Below are positions 61,721 to 64,000 of a stretch of 64,000 nt of DNA, one piece after another. The position numbers and the translations under genes are program-made. Position 1 is the stretch's first letter; every line of letters starts with the position of its first letter. Source of the stretch: Squalus acanthias. Taxonomy: Eukaryota. The DNA is taken from positions 104,162,001-104,226,000 of the forward strand of contig CM059431.1 of NCBI GenBank assembly GCA_030390025.1. The letters are read 5' to 3'. The notes beneath the pieces were generated by a model. That model was not told where the DNA came from. It worked only from the letters and a program-made list of their open reading frames with translations, and did no database searches.

Positions 61721-62303
61721 GGGGGAAAAATTGGCTCGTGCCCCCGTGCCCAAAATTGAATGGTAGCGCCCCAAGCAGGAGGCGGGGTGCTACTGGAGGC
61801 GCTCCCCCTCCCTCTTGGGGCGCTCCCATTGAATATCGCGGCGCTACGTGCAGCAGCGCCACGCGCGTCAGCTCATAGCGCCACGGTACTGCAGGCCTCC
61901 CTCCCCTGATTAAAGGGGAGGGGCCGAGTGCAGCGCGCACCGTGGCCCTGCTGGACCACCGGGGAGCAGCATGCCGGGAAAAGAGCGCCGGCACTCAAGA
62001 GGAATGCCGGGCTGCCCGATTGCGGCTGGCACCCCTGCAGCAGGAGGCGAGAGGGGGGCAGGTGCTGGCAGGCGGCCCGAAAAAAAAATGGCCGCCCGGC
62101 ACCTGCCCTTTAATTTGCGCCGCCCCGGCCGCAAACACGCCCCCACTGACCCTGCCGGACATAGGGTCGGTAGGTCAGGGGGCGCGAGCGAAGTTTGCTG
62201 GCTGGGCGCGAGCGAGGCGCTGCGCACGGTGACGTCACCGCCACTGCTAACCTCTCGCTGAATTTCGCGGCAGGCGTTAGCGGCGCCGCGCCCGGGTGCT
62301 AGG
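61721..62303. mobile_element. GC-rich MITE family E, right end truncated
   Basis: Left TIR gggggaaaaattgg; colinear with 17415-18115. Confidence 0.78.
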
Positions 62304-62491
62304 TGCTTTTCATCAGTGTAACATGACGTAATAAGTGAAATGATTTCAAAGATATAACAATGTACGAATATAAATATTATGAAGAATATAACACATGCTG
62401 ATTTACAATGGACAGTGTCAGTGTTGTACTTTGGTGCATCAAGGTCAATTAAATGTGAAATGGTGAATGTCTGGACTTATTAGATAAAAAG
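62304..62491 (+). repeat. Direct repeat copy 1 (188 bp)
   Basis: About 6 substitutions versus 63275-63462. Confidence 0.92.
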
Positions 62492-62944
62492 CAACCGAAT
62501 TTTTCCCCCATAGTTCATTCCTTTCCCTCCTTGCTGTTTTCACATGACTCCTTCCTAAGAATTGGTCCAATTTGTTATCCCCTCCCAAGCTTACTTAATT
62601 TAAGTATATTATATATTTAATATATTTTCATTATCTGCCACTTGTTCCTGTACTTACAGGCCCAGGATTAATGTCATCATTATGTGGTCAGCCTGTGATG
62701 TTTTATCCTTAATCCAAAGCCAGAGTTGTAAAGAAGAAAGCACTTTACTGGGCATTATTGGGTTCTCAGGAACTTTGTTAAGAATCCTTGTCTACCTTGA
62801 TGCTATGATTTGATTGTGATACAACCATGTCAATTTGTAGTCTGGCTTTTGAATGGTTAATATGCCGTTCTGTCATCTCATAGTGTATCTCCAAAGCTAA
62901 ATCCATAGGTCCACAGCCCAATAACTGTAGCATACTATAGCGCC

Positions 62945-63240
62945 AAAACTAGGCGCCACAAATATCAGATAGTCACCAATCAATCCAACAGGGAATTCAG
63001 GAGCAACTTCTTTACCCAGAGAGTGGTGAGAATGTGGAACTCGCTACCACAGGGAGTGGTTGAGGTGAATAGTATAGATGCATATCAGGGGAAGCAAGAT
63101 AAGTACATGAGGGAGAAAGGGATAGAATAATATGCTGATGGGGTGAGATGAAGAGGGGTGGGAGGAGACTCGTGTGGAGCATAAACACCGGCACGGACCA
63201 GTTGGGCCGAACGGCCTCTTTCTGTGCTGTAACTTCTATG
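62945..63240 (+). mobile_element. CR1 LINE 3' fragment
   Basis: Homologous to 1520-1820. Confidence 0.88.
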
Positions 63241-63274
63241 AAATATTAGCCTTTTATCCCATAAAAAACAGTTA

Positions 63275-63462
63275 TGCTTTTCATTAGTGTAACATGACGT
63301 AATAAGTGGAATGATTTCAAAGATATAACAATGTACGAATATAAATATTATGAAGAATATAATACATGCTGATTTACAATGGACAGTATCAGTGTTGTAC
63401 TTTGGTGCATCAAGGTCAATTAAAAGTGAAATGATGAATGTCTGGACTTATTAGATAAAAAG
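63275..63462 (+). repeat. Direct repeat copy 2 (188 bp)
   Basis: Copy of 62304-62491. Confidence 0.92.
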
Positions 63463-64000
63463 TTTCCATAGGGATGTATATTTTGACTTTAGCTGGCATC
63501 ACCAGTAATGGTTGGTTAATCTACTTACGCAGCAACAAGTATTCTGTCTCTAGACCCCTGTGTTCTCCTATCTCCTATTACCCAGCTTTTGGTCTTGCCT
63601 TCTGTTGCTTGATCCCACTGTCCCTCAGCTGTTATTGTCCCATTTGACACTTCCTAATCTTCTGAGAGCTGGAAGTCCTAAAGCTGTGGCTTTACAGATC
63701 TAACCCAAAATGTGCTGTAACGCCTAACCATCAGCTTGAAGCATTAAATAATTTGCACTCATTAATGCAATCAAGAAACAGGTTTTAGTCCTGATGTTAC
63801 AATTGTTATTGTCGCATTTGACACTTCCAAATCTTGTAATAATTATACTGCATTGGAATTAATCCCAAACTTTCTAATATATAGCGTTTCAATCAGGCAG
63901 CCACAAGAATGGCACCTGCATTGATTTCTTTTGTGAGTTTTGTGCAAGACTTGTCTTTGCTGTTTTATTCAATTGCATGGATGCTGCTTGCTCCAAGTCA

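Noticed and set aside
1..64000. CRISPR array, rRNA or prokaryotic operon
   Set aside because: No regularly spaced repeats or gene-dense structure; the content is vertebrate transposon-derived

Overview
This is a repeat-dense vertebrate non-coding window (intronic or intergenic). It is most likely from a shark or other elasmobranch, inferred from HE1-like V-SINE, SacSINE1-like Deu-SINE, CR1 and L2 content. I recognise no host protein-coding gene. The main feature is a full-length two-gene PIF/Harbinger transposon (38804-45018, 14-bp TIRs, TAA TSD). It carries a frameshifted DDE transposase, whose acidic tail is split by a CR1 insertion, and a convergent 3-exon Myb/SANT-like gene. About 16 non-autonomous Harbinger-like elements from several families surround it. 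The window also holds two Penelope-like fragments with minimal hammerhead ribozyme motifs, two ~1.7-kb solo LTRs of one family, many CR1, L2 and jockey-like LINE fragments, and several local duplications. Family names come from recalled motifs, not database searches. Boundaries without TIR or TSD support are approximate.
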